64,000 nucleotides of DNA from Candidatus Poriferihabitaceae bacterium (GCA_965203365.1 OZ241878.1:3495503-3559502); one strand, 5' to 3'; counted from the first letter of the stretch, positions 1 to 10,180 are shown. Program-made: numbers and translations. The notes: generated by a model not told the origin, from the sequence alone.

Positions 1-1929
1 CTGCCGGATGGCACCCGGCTGGCCGCCCGGATCTGGCTGCCAGAAGATGCCGAGCAGGATCCGGTGCCGGCGATTCTCGAATATCTGCCGTATCGCAAGC
101 GCGATGGGACCGTGGAACGTGACCATCTGACCCATCCCTACTTTGCCGGTTTCGGGTATGCCGGGGTGCGCGTCGACATGCGGGGGACCGGAGACAGCGA
201 AGGCGTGTGCCGAGGCGAGTATCTCCAGCAGGAGCAGGAAGACTGCCTGACTGTCATCCAGTGGCTGGCTGACCAGCCGTGGTGTTCCGGCCGGGTGGGG
301 ATGATCGGGATTTCCTGGGGGGGATTCAATGGACTCCAGGTCGCCGCCCGACAGCCCGAAGCCCTGGGGGCGGTGATATCGCTGTGCTCGACGGACGATC
401 GCTATGCCGATGATATCCATTTCATGGGCGGGGCGATGCTGGTCGATAAGCTGGCTTGGGGGGCCACCGCGCTTTCCATCGCCCATACCCCACCGGATCC
501 GGCCATTGTGGGCGAACGCTGGCGCGAGATGTGGCAGGAGCGACTGGAAGGCAACGGCCTTTGGTTGCTCGACTGGCTCAGACATCAGCACCGGGACAGT
601 TTCTACACCCATGGCTCGATCTGCGAGCAGTACGAAGCAGTCAAGGTCCCGGTGTATCTGGTCGGCGGCTGGGCCGATGGCTACACCAATGCCATCTTTC
701 GCATGCTCGAACATTTGACTTGTCCCCGTAAAGGGCTGATTGGCCCTTGGGGACATAAGTATCCCCATTTCGCCATGCCCGGGCCCCGAATCGGCTTTCT
801 CCAGGAGTGTCTGCGCTGGTGGGATCAACATCTCAAGGGGATCGACACGGGCATCATGGAAGAACCGTCATTGCGCACCTGGATCCAGCATTCGGCGACC
901 CCAGCGCCCTTGTATTCGACCCGCACCGGACATTGGGTGACTGTTCCTCGCTGGCCCCCAAGCGCGGTGACCACGAAAACGCTGTATCCGGGCGGCCCCC
1001 GCCTCGCCGACAAGCCAGGCCCGCCCATCTACCTGGCAACGCCGGAGAACACGGGGCATACAGCCGGCAACTGGTGCGGTTATGGTGTGGTACCGGACGG
1101 TCCCGTCGACCAGAGTGGAGAAACCGGGATGGTGTGCTTTGATACGGCCCCCTTGGAGGACGAACTGGAACTGCTCGGGTTTCCGGTGCTGCAGGGGGAT
1201 GTGATCAGTGAGGTTCCACAGGCCAATCTGGTCGCCGTACTGTCTGATGTAGCCGAAGATGGTCGGGCGGTACGGATCAGTTACGGGGTGTTGAACCTGA
1301 CCCATCGCCACAGTCATGCTGCCCCGGAATCCTTGCCTAGGTCGCCGGTCTCCTTTCGGCTCCAGCTCAATGCCTGTGGACAGCGCATCCGTCAGGGGCA
1401 TCGCCTGCGGCTGGCCCTGTCGAATGCGTACTGGCCGGTCATCTGGCCCTCTCAAACCCGGGCCCGTCTGACCCTGACGGGGACGAAAATGGTGCTCCCC
1501 ATCGGGTCAGGTGAATCCACGCCGGACGGGTTTTCGGATCCCGAGGGGGCTACCCCCCTGGCGACCGACTCGCTGTCCAAGGGCACTTACCAGCGTCGTC
1601 GCTCCATCGATCTGGTCAGCGGGGTCGAAACATGTGAGATCCTTCACGACAGCGGACTGGAACGTCATCGGCACACCGGTATGGAGACCCGGTCGGTGTG
1701 TCATGAACAATTTACCATCCACCCCGACCAACCCAATTCGGCGGAAGGGACCTGTGCCTGGACCCGACATTATGGGCGAGGCGACTGGTGTGCCGACCTG
1801 GATGTCTCGGTGACCGTGCGGGCATTGAAAACCGACTGGCAGGTCGAAGCCACGCTTCGGGCGGTCGATGGGGACAGTGTGGTGACGGAGAAGACATGGG
1901 CCGAGAATATCCCCAGACATCTGGTATGA
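1..1929 (+). CDS. CocE/NonD family hydrolase (S15 X-Pro dipeptidyl-peptidase-like), 5' end cut by window edge
   Basis: The frame is open from nt 1 (LPDGTRLAARIWLPEDAEQDPVPAILEYLPYRKRDG...), so the start at 64 in the ORF track is internal. It has a GxSxG-type nucleophile elbow (GISWGG) and a long C-terminal domain typical of the family. Confidence 0.8.
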   Translation: MPDGTRLAARIWLPEDAEQDPVPAILEYLPYRKRDGTVERDHLTHPYFAGFGYAGVRVDMRGTGDSEGVCRGEYLQQEQEDCLTVIQWLADQPWCSGRVGMIGISWGGFNGLQVAARQPEALGAVISLCSTDDRYADDIHFMGGAMLVDKLAWGATALSIAHTPPDPAIVGERWREMWQERLEGNGLWLLDWLRHQHRDSFYTHGSICEQYEAVKVPVYLVGGWADGYTNAIFRMLEHLTCPRKGLIGPWGHKYPHFAMPGPRIGFLQECLRWWDQHLKGIDTGIMEEPSLRTWIQHSATPAPLYSTRTGHWVTVPRWPPSAVTTKTLYPGGPRLADKPGPPIYLATPENTGHTAGNWCGYGVVPDGPVDQSGETGMVCFDTAPLEDELELLGFPVLQGDVISEVPQANLVAVLSDVAEDGRAVRISYGVLNLTHRHSHAAPESLPRSPVSFRLQLNACGQRIRQGHRLRLALSNAYWPVIWPSQTRARLTLTGTKMVLPIGSGESTPDGFSDPEGATPLATDSLSKGTYQRRRSIDLVSGVETCEILHDSGLERHRHTGMETRSVCHEQFTIHPDQPNSAEGTCAWTRHYGRGDWCADLDVSVTVRALKTDWQVEATLRAVDGDSVVTEKTWAENIPRHLV

Positions 1930-2825
1930 ATGCCTTTCCGGGGTTTGATGACGGGGCCATTATCCACTCATTGACCGCAGAGGGCGTCACGATGCGGGTG
2001 GTGACGCAGGGCGCAGGGCCGGATGTCGTGTTCATTCCGGGGGGAGATCAAACCGCCGAAGCCTATTCCCAGCAGTTTGCCCGGCTCTCGGATTCGTTTC
2101 GCTGTATTGCCTACGACCCGCGGGGGGCGGGGCTGACCACCGCTCCCCCACCGCCATGGACGATGGAAGCCTATGCCCGGGATTGTGCGGCGGTGATTGA
2201 TGCCTTTGGTGGTGGATCGGCCGTGGTGGCCGGGCTGTCGCTGGGCGGACTGGTGACCCAACAGGTCGCCATCGACTTTCCCGACAAGGTTCGACTGGCC
2301 ATCCCGATGGGCACGGCGGCGTATATCGACGGTTTCACCCGGGACTGGATGCAGGCGGAAATCGATTTGCGCAAGGCGGGGATTTCATTGCCCCGCAATT
2401 TTCTGGCACCGCATTATGCCCCCTTTGCCTTTCCGGCCAAGGCCCTGCACGATCCGTCATTTTGGGCGCAAATCAAGCCCAGCTATACGGCCCGCTTTGC
2501 CGAACGAGATCCGGCCGAGTTGGTCGCCCAGTGGGAAGCCTGTCTGGCATTTGATTGTCGTCGGGCACTCACCTCATGTCCGGTTCCATTTCAGGTCATC
2601 AGCTTTTCGGAGGATGTTCAGACTGCTCCGTCCATGTGCAAGGTGGTGGCCGATCTGGTGCCGAACGGGAGCTTGCATGAAATTCCGGGGCTTGGACATG
2701 TCTCGATGGTTCATCACCGACCCGAGGTGGTAGCCGCCAAGCTGCGCGAGATTATCCTGGCGCATGAAGCGACAGAACACGAGGGACGTCTCCCCACCGA
2801 CAGGAAACCGGATCCGGGTCCATGA
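1926..2825 (+). CDS. alpha/beta-fold hydrolase
   Basis: ATG at 1926 overlaps the upstream stop as ATGA (MNAFPGFDDG...). It has the FIPGG oxyanion-type segment, the nucleophile elbow GLSLGG, and a C-terminal GLGH(V) His motif. The upstream part of the 345-aa ORF lies inside the previous gene. Confidence 0.8.
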   Translation: MNAFPGFDDGAIIHSLTAEGVTMRVVTQGAGPDVVFIPGGDQTAEAYSQQFARLSDSFRCIAYDPRGAGLTTAPPPPWTMEAYARDCAAVIDAFGGGSAVVAGLSLGGLVTQQVAIDFPDKVRLAIPMGTAAYIDGFTRDWMQAEIDLRKAGISLPRNFLAPHYAPFAFPAKALHDPSFWAQIKPSYTARFAERDPAELVAQWEACLAFDCRRALTSCPVPFQVISFSEDVQTAPSMCKVVADLVPNGSLHEIPGLGHVSMVHHRPEVVAAKLREIILAHEATEHEGRLPTDRKPDPGP

Positions 2826-3186
2826 AAACCATCCCGGCCCGTTCGGGATTCGGGGGGATGTGGGGGGTGGTTTCGGTGGCGAAATGTCTTCGCACACCCG
2901 GTCTTACTTGAAAGCTGTTGGCTTCCAAGGCTCGAATGACCTCCCTCACGTTCATGGAACAGCGGTTCTTCATCCAACACTCAAGCCCAAATTCCGGGAT
3001 GATGGTATCGTGCGCCGCATAAAGGCCATCAGTTGCTTCTGGGCTGGGCATTGCGTTCTCAGTGAGGTGACATGTGGCCCATGAGGCCTCTTCTGGCCCG
3101 CCGATTCCCCCATTGACCTGCGCACAGTCACGGTCCGCCGACGCTCGGGCCGTCCAGTCGATCACAGACACACCACTTCGCATCAC
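2752..3186 (-). CDS. hypothetical protein; possibly a degenerate HicB-like/HicA-like remnant (tentative)
   Basis: A GAGGGA Shine-Dalgarno-like element lies 4 nt before the ATG at 3186. The C-terminal half, MNVREVIRALEANSFQVRPGVRRHFATETTPHIP, resembles the YcfA/HicA pattern (..vik.Le..GF..vRqkGSHrhf....t.P.H) but lacks the GSH His. The 3' end overlaps the convergent hydrolase gene by 74 nt. Confidence 0.3.
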   Translation of the reverse strand: MMRSGVSVIDWTARASADRDCAQVNGGIGGPEEASWATCHLTENAMPSPEATDGLYAAHDTIIPEFGLECWMKNRCSMNVREVIRALEANSFQVRPGVRRHFATETTPHIPPNPERAGMVFMDPDPVSCRWGDVPRVLSLHAPG

Positions 3187-3446
3187 GTCCCTCTGATAGT
3201 TCCTCCTGGAACTCGAAAAAAATGGTTTCCGTCGGCCGGTTTCCGTCGGCGGAAGTTCTGTGGCAGAATCGCAAAAGAACCAAAACGAGGGACGGTCACA
3301 CTGGCAATCGGGTCCCCGGCAAGTGTACAGTTGTCAGGAGAAACGGACCCACACAGCGAACCATCTTCCGGTCTCTCTGAATTGGGCGTTGTAACGATCT
3401 CAGCACATCATCCATAGACAAGCCGATCAACAGCAAGCATTACATC

Positions 3447-4061
3447 GTGGTGGAGGGCCCCATCGGCGTCGGGAAAACCACCTTGGCCAGACAGATCGCC
3501 ATTTCGCTGGGGGCAGATCTCATTCTGGAGCCATCGAATGAAAATCCGTTCTTGGAACGATTCTACCGTTCACCGCATCGGTATGCCCTTCAGACCCAGT
3601 TATATTTCTTGTTTCAACGGGTTCAGCAGTTGAAGGGGATCAGCCAGGAGGACCTGTTTTCCCCCCTGCGCATTGCGGATTACATGCTCGACAAGGATCC
3701 GATGTTTGCCCGACTGACCCTGGATGAAGATGAACTCTACCTGTACGAACAAATCTATGCGCAATTGATGTGGGAAGTGCCCAGACCCGACCTGGTCATC
3801 TATCTGCAGGCTCCGACCGGCACTTTGGTCAAGCGGATCCGCACTCGCGGCGTCTTGTTCGAACGGAATATGGAACGCAGTTTTCTTGAGGATCTGTCCG
3901 AGTCCTACACGCGCTACTTCCTGAGCTATCATGCCTCGCCATTGCTCATCGTCAATGCCGATACCACCGACTTCCTGAACAACGACGAACACTTCAAACT
4001 GTTGCTGAAGGAGATGGAAAACATCCAGTCTGGACGACATTATTTCAATCCGGATTTCTGA
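3447..4061 (+). CDS. deoxynucleoside kinase family protein
   Basis: P-loop EGPIGVGKTT, followed by the ENPFLERFY and ALQTQLYFL segments typical of dNK/dCK-dGK family kinases. The start is GTG, and the true start is uncertain. Confidence 0.8.
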   Translation: MVEGPIGVGKTTLARQIAISLGADLILEPSNENPFLERFYRSPHRYALQTQLYFLFQRVQQLKGISQEDLFSPLRIADYMLDKDPMFARLTLDEDELYLYEQIYAQLMWEVPRPDLVIYLQAPTGTLVKRIRTRGVLFERNMERSFLEDLSESYTRYFLSYHASPLLIVNADTTDFLNNDEHFKLLLKEMENIQSGRHYFNPDF

Positions 4062-4086
4062 CGCCCTTGACCCGAATTACTGCATC

Positions 4087-4662
4087 ATGCCCCATCACCC
4101 TATCAGTCGTTATCCCGTGCCTGACCTGGCATCCCTTGAAGCGGATATTCGTGCCCGGATCAAGACGGTCCATGAAAAGGCCGGATTCATTCCCAATGTG
4201 TTCTTGACGCTGGCGCATCGGCCGGCCGAATTTCGGGCATTCTTCGATTATCATGATGCCCTGATGCTGAAAGAGGGAAGTCTCAGCAAGGCGGAACGAG
4301 AGATGATTGTCGTGGCGACCAGTGCCGTGAACGATTGTCATTACTGCGTGATCGCCCATGGGGCCTTGTTGAGAATCTATGCCAAGTCCCCCTTGATTGC
4401 CGATCAGGTCTCGGTGAACTACCGAAAGGCGGACATCACGCCCAGACAGTCGGCCATGCTGGAGTTTGCCGTCAAGGTGGCCAGCGCCCCCGGCACCCTC
4501 GGGGATGCGGATTTTGCCACTTTGCATGGTCACGGGTTCGATGATGAGGACATCTGGGATATCGGGGCGATCGCTGCCTTTTTTGGCATGTCCAACCGCA
4601 TGGCCAACCTGATCGACATGCGGCCAAATGACGAGTTCTATTGCATGGGCCGAGGATTCTAG
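4087..4662 (+). CDS. peroxidase-related enzyme, carboxymuconolactone decarboxylase (AhpD-like) family
   Basis: CxxC redox motif in the context SAVNDCHYCVIAHG, with the tandem CMD-like helices typical of this family. Confidence 0.85.
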   Translation: MPHHPISRYPVPDLASLEADIRARIKTVHEKAGFIPNVFLTLAHRPAEFRAFFDYHDALMLKEGSLSKAEREMIVVATSAVNDCHYCVIAHGALLRIYAKSPLIADQVSVNYRKADITPRQSAMLEFAVKVASAPGTLGDADFATLHGHGFDDEDIWDIGAIAAFFGMSNRMANLIDMRPNDEFYCMGRGF

Positions 4663-5070
4663 ATGTCAATGGGAGTGGAGGAGCCGATGGACCTGGCAGG
4701 TCGGGAACCTTCCTTGCGGACCATTGCCATGCCCGCGGATGCCAATCCCGCCGGAGATATTTTCGGGGGCTGGATCATGTCCCAGATGGATCTGGCCGGG
4801 GCCATCTTTGCCAGTTATACCGTCAAGGGTCGACTGGTGACGGTGGCGGTCAACGCCATGACCTTTCATTTGCCCGTCTATGTCGGGGATCAGGTCAGCT
4901 GTTATTGCTCGGTGGAGAAGTGCGGCCGCACCTCCATCTCCATTCATATTGAAACTTGGGTCCGGCGCAAACAACCGGTGGTGAAATTGCTGAAAGTCAC
5001 GGAAGCGACCTTCACCTATGTCTGTATTGACGATTACCGAAACCCGGTCCCGGTCCAATGGCATGGCTGA
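4663..5070 (+). CDS. yciA: acyl-CoA thioesterase, hotdog fold (YciA-like)
   Basis: LRTIAMPADANPAGDIFGGWIMSQMDLAG and VTVAVNAMTFHLPVYVGD closely parallel E. coli YciA as I recall it. The ATG follows the upstream stop directly. An alternative start is the ATG at 4687. Confidence 0.85.
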   Translation: MSMGVEEPMDLAGREPSLRTIAMPADANPAGDIFGGWIMSQMDLAGAIFASYTVKGRLVTVAVNAMTFHLPVYVGDQVSCYCSVEKCGRTSISIHIETWVRRKQPVVKLLKVTEATFTYVCIDDYRNPVPVQWHG

Positions 5071-5313
5071 TCACGGTTGTCGGCAGGATGTCGGCATTTC
5101 GTCTTGAGGTGGGCAGCGCGGTCATGGCTCAACTTTCTCCCATGGTCGCTGCTCTTTGCGCACCCATGACAGATCGTGCTTGCCGAATGTGATGCCATCA
5201 TGCCCTCACCAAGGATTTCATCCGGGCATCGCGGTTTCTGGATCAGACGGAGGATAAAAAGGACATAAAAGAGGACTTTCTGAACTTGAAATATCTCATA
5301 AACCCATGTTATA

Positions 5314-6567
5314 TTGACGCTTATGAAGATGGTCAAAGCGGACAAGAAACCGGTTGCTCAGGCGGACATCAGGCGGCTGGATAAAGGCGAATTGATTCAT
5401 CTGATGGAGCCACTGCTGATCAGTGACCGTTCCATTTATCGTGGAGAGTTGGCTGACCTTGCCATTGATCTGATGGCCAAATCCGTTGGCTTGCGGCGCA
5501 GTCTGCCCAAAGGGGTGTTGATTACCCTTGTCCATTTGGTTCGGTCGATGAACGGTTACTACAGCAACCTGATTGAAGGCCATGATACCCATCCCGTGGA
5601 TATCGAGCGTGCATTGAAAGATGACTTCAGCATCGACCCGCATAAGCGCCATCTCCAGTTGGAGGCCAAGGCCCATGTCCATGTTCAGCAATGGATTGAC
5701 GAAGGGGGACTGATCGGTCGAGCACACACTGTGGAAGGCTTGACCGAAATCCACCGCCGCTTTTATGCCATGCTACCCGAAGAACTGCAGTGGGTGGAAG
5801 GCACAGTCATCGGTGAGCGCCAGAAAGTGTTCCCCGGTATGATGCGTGACCGGGATGTGAAGGTTGGACGACATAGCCCGGTCAGTCCCGGTGCATTATC
5901 CAGATTTTTGGCGCACTTTGAATCGGTCTACGGCCAACTCGGCAAGGCCGACAGTATTCTAGCCGTAGCAGCGGGACATCATCGTTTCTTATGGATTCAC
6001 CCGTTTCTTGATGGCAACGGGCGTGTGGCTCGCCTGATGTCTCATGCGATATGGCTGGAGACACTCGATACCGGTGGGGTCTGGTCGATTGCCAGAGGCC
6101 TCGCACACAGCGAAAATACCTATAAGCGTCACCTCATGGCTTGCGATGCCCAGCGCCGTAACGACCTGGACGGGAGGGGTAATTTGAGTGAGGAAGCCCT
6201 GGTCGCATTTACGCGCTATTTTCTGGAAACGAGCATTGATCAGGTGGATTTCATGGACCGGCTCGTGCAGCCAGACTGTTTGTGCACCCGCATCATGATT
6301 TGGGCTGAAGAGGAAATCCAGGCCGGTGCCTTGCCCCCCAAATCGGCTGCGGTTCTTGAAGCGCTGCTCTATCGGGGCGCACTGCCAAGGGGCGATATCG
6401 CCCGCATCACAGGCACCAGCGTTCGGCAAGCTCGACGGATAGTATCAGCGCTGGTGGCAAGGGAAGTGCTGACGTCGGACAGTTCACGCGCCCCCCTGCA
6501 CCTGGCTTTTCCCGCCAAACTGGCTTCACGCTGGTTGCCGGGACTGTTCCCGGAAAAAGCGGGCTGA
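5314..6567 (+). CDS. Fic family protein (class II, N-terminal inhibitory helix) with C-terminal winged-helix-like region
   Basis: Fic core motif HPFLDGNGRVAR. The inhibitory motif S-x-x-x-E-G (SNLIEG) lies upstream of the core. The promoter region 5220-5313 is visibly AT-rich. Confidence 0.9.
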   Translation: MTLMKMVKADKKPVAQADIRRLDKGELIHLMEPLLISDRSIYRGELADLAIDLMAKSVGLRRSLPKGVLITLVHLVRSMNGYYSNLIEGHDTHPVDIERALKDDFSIDPHKRHLQLEAKAHVHVQQWIDEGGLIGRAHTVEGLTEIHRRFYAMLPEELQWVEGTVIGERQKVFPGMMRDRDVKVGRHSPVSPGALSRFLAHFESVYGQLGKADSILAVAAGHHRFLWIHPFLDGNGRVARLMSHAIWLETLDTGGVWSIARGLAHSENTYKRHLMACDAQRRNDLDGRGNLSEEALVAFTRYFLETSIDQVDFMDRLVQPDCLCTRIMIWAEEEIQAGALPPKSAAVLEALLYRGALPRGDIARITGTSVRQARRIVSALVAREVLTSDSSRAPLHLAFPAKLASRWLPGLFPEKAG

Positions 6568-6804
6568 CACCGTTTCCATCACTGACTTTGCTATCACGGC
6601 GGTTGCCGATATGGGGGGCGGTCATTATGAGCATGGAATGTGGAAACGGGTGCCATCCGTAGAAACATTGGAAGCGCCGGGTCACGAGGATGGCGCTTTC
6701 CAAGCCGAAAAAGGTCGGTGTAGTGGGATGCCCTTCATTTCAGGGTCAGGAGCCTGAATCATTCGGACCGGTTCGATTGTCGGGTGTCCGCACGAAGAAG
6801 CGGG

Positions 6805-9411
6805 TCACCGAGGGAATTCGGGATATCTCCGGCTGTCTGGCGAGATCCATCGGGTCGGGAAATATCGGCGCTGAAAGGCCACCCATACGGCCAGCATGAT
6901 GACCATGGCAGGTGCGCTGATGAGATTGATCAAGATCAAGACCACCTCCAGTTGGTCCACGCTCGTGCGCATTTGTTGGCGAATATTTCGTAGGTCGCGC
7001 TTCATCTCGATAAGTTTTCGTTGCAAGGGAAGTGCCTGTTCACGTAGCGGAGATGGAAGCTCGGCAAGTGAATCGATTTGGGCGGTCTCGCGGATCACAT
7101 CCAGTTTTCGTTCGAATTCCGCCATCCGTTCCAAGGTCAGTTGTTCGCCCACCAGGATATCCTGTTCAACCTCATGGTACATCCGTGCGATGCGTGTAAA
7201 CCGGCGGATGATATTGGAACGGACCGGTACGTCGGCCAACACCGCATTTTGACTATGGGCGATCATATTTGCCAGTAGAGGAATATTGTCGTTCAATGGG
7301 CGGGTCAAAGTGGTACTGCCCATGTGGGTCGTATGTAAGGCAAATGGGTCAAACAACCAGTCGACATCAGCGATCACGAAGACATTGGCTGGTTTTACAG
7401 AAGCTTGAATCCCAGCATGGCCGACAGGAATTTCCCGACCCTGATAGGCACTGATCAGCGGTCTATGGATCAATGCGGCAATCAGTTGGCGTCCTGTTTC
7501 GGGTGAAAACCGGGTGGCATGTTCGAAATGCGAATAATTCCTGTAAGTATCACGGGGTGTGAACCCAGCTTCCTCCGTGGTGCGTAGCAAGGGGACAATA
7601 TGGGCGGTAGTGGGGACGGTTTTCAGGGAACCTGCTTCCACGATCAGAATGTTCTGGAGGGCGGCGGTGACTGGATGGCTGGAATCCAGTGTGTTCCGGG
7701 AAAAACCGAGCCAGTAGGGGTAGTTGAGCGGAGTGTGGGTATCGGTGGTCTGTACCGGGGATGACAGATTTCGGTCACCGACAATGTGGCTTCCCTCATA
7801 TCGAACCCCCCAGGCCAAGATCAAGTCGGAGAGGTCGTTGATCGTCTCCGATGGCTGGAAACGGAGCTCGTTACTGGAACGATCGAACCGTACCATCGGG
7901 TCCATAGCCGCGATGAGTGTGCCACCGGACATGACAAACTGGTCGATGGCCCACAACATTTTACGCTTGAGCACAGTACCTTGCAGCACCAGCAAGACAT
8001 CTAGGTCGGCTGGCAGGGATTCGGCAAAGAACGGGATGATGCTGACATCATGGAGAGGCTTCAGTTCCTCAATGAACGATAAACCTGGTCGAGGGGCATC
8101 CAGGGTTCCCGGTGGCGTTAATGGGCTCAGGATGCCGACACTGATCGGTTGCCGGGATGTAAAACGAAGCAAGGCGGATAGGACATCAGACTCCAGCCAG
8201 CCCGCTCGTTCGACATCCAGATAGGGGATTTGATACCGCTTGCCTGCATACGATATCTCCAGCCCAAGATAAAAGTAGTCGCCTGATGTCATAGGCACGA
8301 CTTTTATTCCGGCTTCCAGTGCCTTCAGTTCTGCGTTGGTATCCGGCACGGGATCGATGTGGGTCACTTTCACGCGTTCGTTCGAATTGCTTGCCACTCG
8401 TTGGAGAAAATGCCTGACGCTGTCTGCATAATTTCGGATGGATTGTGGGACGGTTTTTTCCCGTTGGCTCCAGTAAAGATCGATTTTGACCACTTCTTCT
8501 ACGCCCTGCAGTGCCCTCAAGGTGGCTTGGCTCAGGGTATAGATTTTCTGCTCGGTTAAGTCGGCTTCCAAGGAGATTTGAGAAGAGATCAACTGCCCAA
8601 ACACGCTCACTGCGAGGACACACATCGCTTTGACGAATAGCACGAGCTTCCTTTGGAGAGAGGAACTGCCTTTCCTTCGGTCATGGATTGCCAGTCCACA
8701 ACAGGCCAGCATGGCGGTCATCGCCAGCAGAAACCAGGAGACTGCTCTCCATTCGACGAGGCCAGAGGCCAGGAGTTTGTAATGCGGTCCAGGAAAGATT
8801 TCCTTCAGTCCTTGTATCCAACGAAAGGGAATCCATTCATCCACCAGCGAAGACAGTTCGTCCGCGCCCCCTAGAATCAGGATAAAGAGAAAGACGACAC
8901 TGGCAAGGTAGGAAGAGATACCATCACCCAAGATGGCGGCGACGGCCAAGGCAATCGAAAAATACAGGGCCAGCAAGAGAAAGGCAGCGAGATATCCTGC
9001 CAGCACCACGCCCCAGTCGGGTTCTCCAAGATAGGCGAGCGTGGCGGGAAACGGCAGGGTCAGTATCAGTGTGACGGTTGTCAATGTGACTCCTGACAAA
9101 AACTTGGCGATGACAATTTCTTCAATTGACAGCGGCAGGGTGAGTGACAGTTCGACTGAGTGGTCGGTATGGTCATACGGCCATGCCCGCATGGCCAGGG
9201 CGGGGACGAAAACCAGCCCACACCAAGGCAGGAACAAGGTCCACAGGGTCAGGGAGGTTTCGTCGGTGGAAAAGAACTCGCCAATGAGAAAAATGCACAA
9301 TCCCATGGCGATCAAAAACCCGGAGAGAAAAATTACATTGATCGGGGAATGGATCAACGTCCGCAGTTCATGTCGATAACAAGCGAGCATGCGTCTGCCG
9401 GAAAACACCAT
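6805..9411 (-). CDS. fused ABC-2 type permease / GldG-like auxiliary protein
   Basis: The N-terminal ~260 aa contain multiple hydrophobic spans (ABC-2/GldF-like). A large soluble GldG-like domain follows, then a coiled-coil-like stretch and a final TM segment (VVLILINLISAPAMVIMLAVWVAF). I chose the ATG at 9411, which lies 7 nt after the upstream ATPase stop. Confidence 0.75.
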   Translation of the reverse strand: MVFSGRRMLACYRHELRTLIHSPINVIFLSGFLIAMGLCIFLIGEFFSTDETSLTLWTLFLPWCGLVFVPALAMRAWPYDHTDHSVELSLTLPLSIEEIVIAKFLSGVTLTTVTLILTLPFPATLAYLGEPDWGVVLAGYLAAFLLLALYFSIALAVAAILGDGISSYLASVVFLFILILGGADELSSLVDEWIPFRWIQGLKEIFPGPHYKLLASGLVEWRAVSWFLLAMTAMLACCGLAIHDRRKGSSSLQRKLVLFVKAMCVLAVSVFGQLISSQISLEADLTEQKIYTLSQATLRALQGVEEVVKIDLYWSQREKTVPQSIRNYADSVRHFLQRVASNSNERVKVTHIDPVPDTNAELKALEAGIKVVPMTSGDYFYLGLEISYAGKRYQIPYLDVERAGWLESDVLSALLRFTSRQPISVGILSPLTPPGTLDAPRPGLSFIEELKPLHDVSIIPFFAESLPADLDVLLVLQGTVLKRKMLWAIDQFVMSGGTLIAAMDPMVRFDRSSNELRFQPSETINDLSDLILAWGVRYEGSHIVGDRNLSSPVQTTDTHTPLNYPYWLGFSRNTLDSSHPVTAALQNILIVEAGSLKTVPTTAHIVPLLRTTEEAGFTPRDTYRNYSHFEHATRFSPETGRQLIAALIHRPLISAYQGREIPVGHAGIQASVKPANVFVIADVDWLFDPFALHTTHMGSTTLTRPLNDNIPLLANMIAHSQNAVLADVPVRSNIIRRFTRIARMYHEVEQDILVGEQLTLERMAEFERKLDVIRETAQIDSLAELPSPLREQALPLQRKLIEMKRDLRNIRQQMRTSVDQLEVVLILINLISAPAMVIMLAVWVAFQRRYFPTRWISPDSRRYPEFPR

Positions 9412-9418
9412 CGTCACA

Positions 9419-10171
9419 TCATGAAGGGTTGGTGAGTTGGTAGTACATGGCGTACAGACGTCCATGATCATCCAGCAGTTCTGTCAATGCCGTGTCGGCT
9501 ACGATTCGTCCCTGTTGTAGAATGATCGCCCGCTGGCAGATGGATTCCGCCTCTTCCAGTATATGGGTAGACATCAGGATGGCCTTGTGCACTGCCAGCT
9601 GGGCTATGAGGCCCCGGATGTCCTGTTTTTGCCGGGGGTCGAGTCCATCAGTAGGTTCATCCAGGATCAGAATGTCGGGGTCATGTACGAGGGCCTGTGC
9701 GAGCCAGACCCGTTGTTGCCAACCCTTGGACAGTCGACGCAATGGGGTGTTGAGGTAGCGGTGCAGCCCAAGGATATCCATGATCCAGTACTCGGCCCGT
9801 CTGGAATCGACTTGGACGGACCGGACATCAGTGATAAATCGCAGGAATTCGGCGCAGGTCAATTCACCGTATCCGCTCATCGCCTCGGGCAGATAACCAA
9901 TCTTCCGGCATATCCGTATCGGATCGCTTGACAGGTCACGGCCATGGACGATGACAGCCCCTGTCGAAGGTTGGAGATAGCCCGTCAGCACACGCATCGT
10001 GGTGGACTTCCCAGCGCCATTGGGTCCCAACAATGCGACCAATTCACCAGGACGGATATGGAAGCTGATCCCATTGATCGCCGTGACATTTCCGTAACGC
10101 ATGGTCAGGTTACGGGCTTCAAGAAATCGTCGATGGGTCGGGGGGGTCTGTATTGGGGATGGAACGCTCAT
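9419..10171 (-). CDS. ABC transporter ATP-binding protein (ABC-2/GldA-like)
   Basis: Walker A GPNGAGKST, signature LSKGWQQR, Walker B ILILDEPTDGLD. Confidence 0.9.
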   Translation of the reverse strand: MSVPSPIQTPPTHRRFLEARNLTMRYGNVTAINGISFHIRPGELVALLGPNGAGKSTTMRVLTGYLQPSTGAVIVHGRDLSSDPIRICRKIGYLPEAMSGYGELTCAEFLRFITDVRSVQVDSRRAEYWIMDILGLHRYLNTPLRRLSKGWQQRVWLAQALVHDPDILILDEPTDGLDPRQKQDIRGLIAQLAVHKAILMSTHILEEAESICQRAIILQQGRIVADTALTELLDDHGRLYAMYYQLTNPS

Positions 10172-10180
10172 AGAGCGGAA

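Noticed and set aside
6730-6800. tRNA-like string GGTTCGATT downstream of the Fic gene, considered as a tRNA gene or att remnant
   Set aside because: I could not fold an acceptor stem, D-arm or 7-nt anticodon loop from the flanking sequence, and the T-stem complement is absent.
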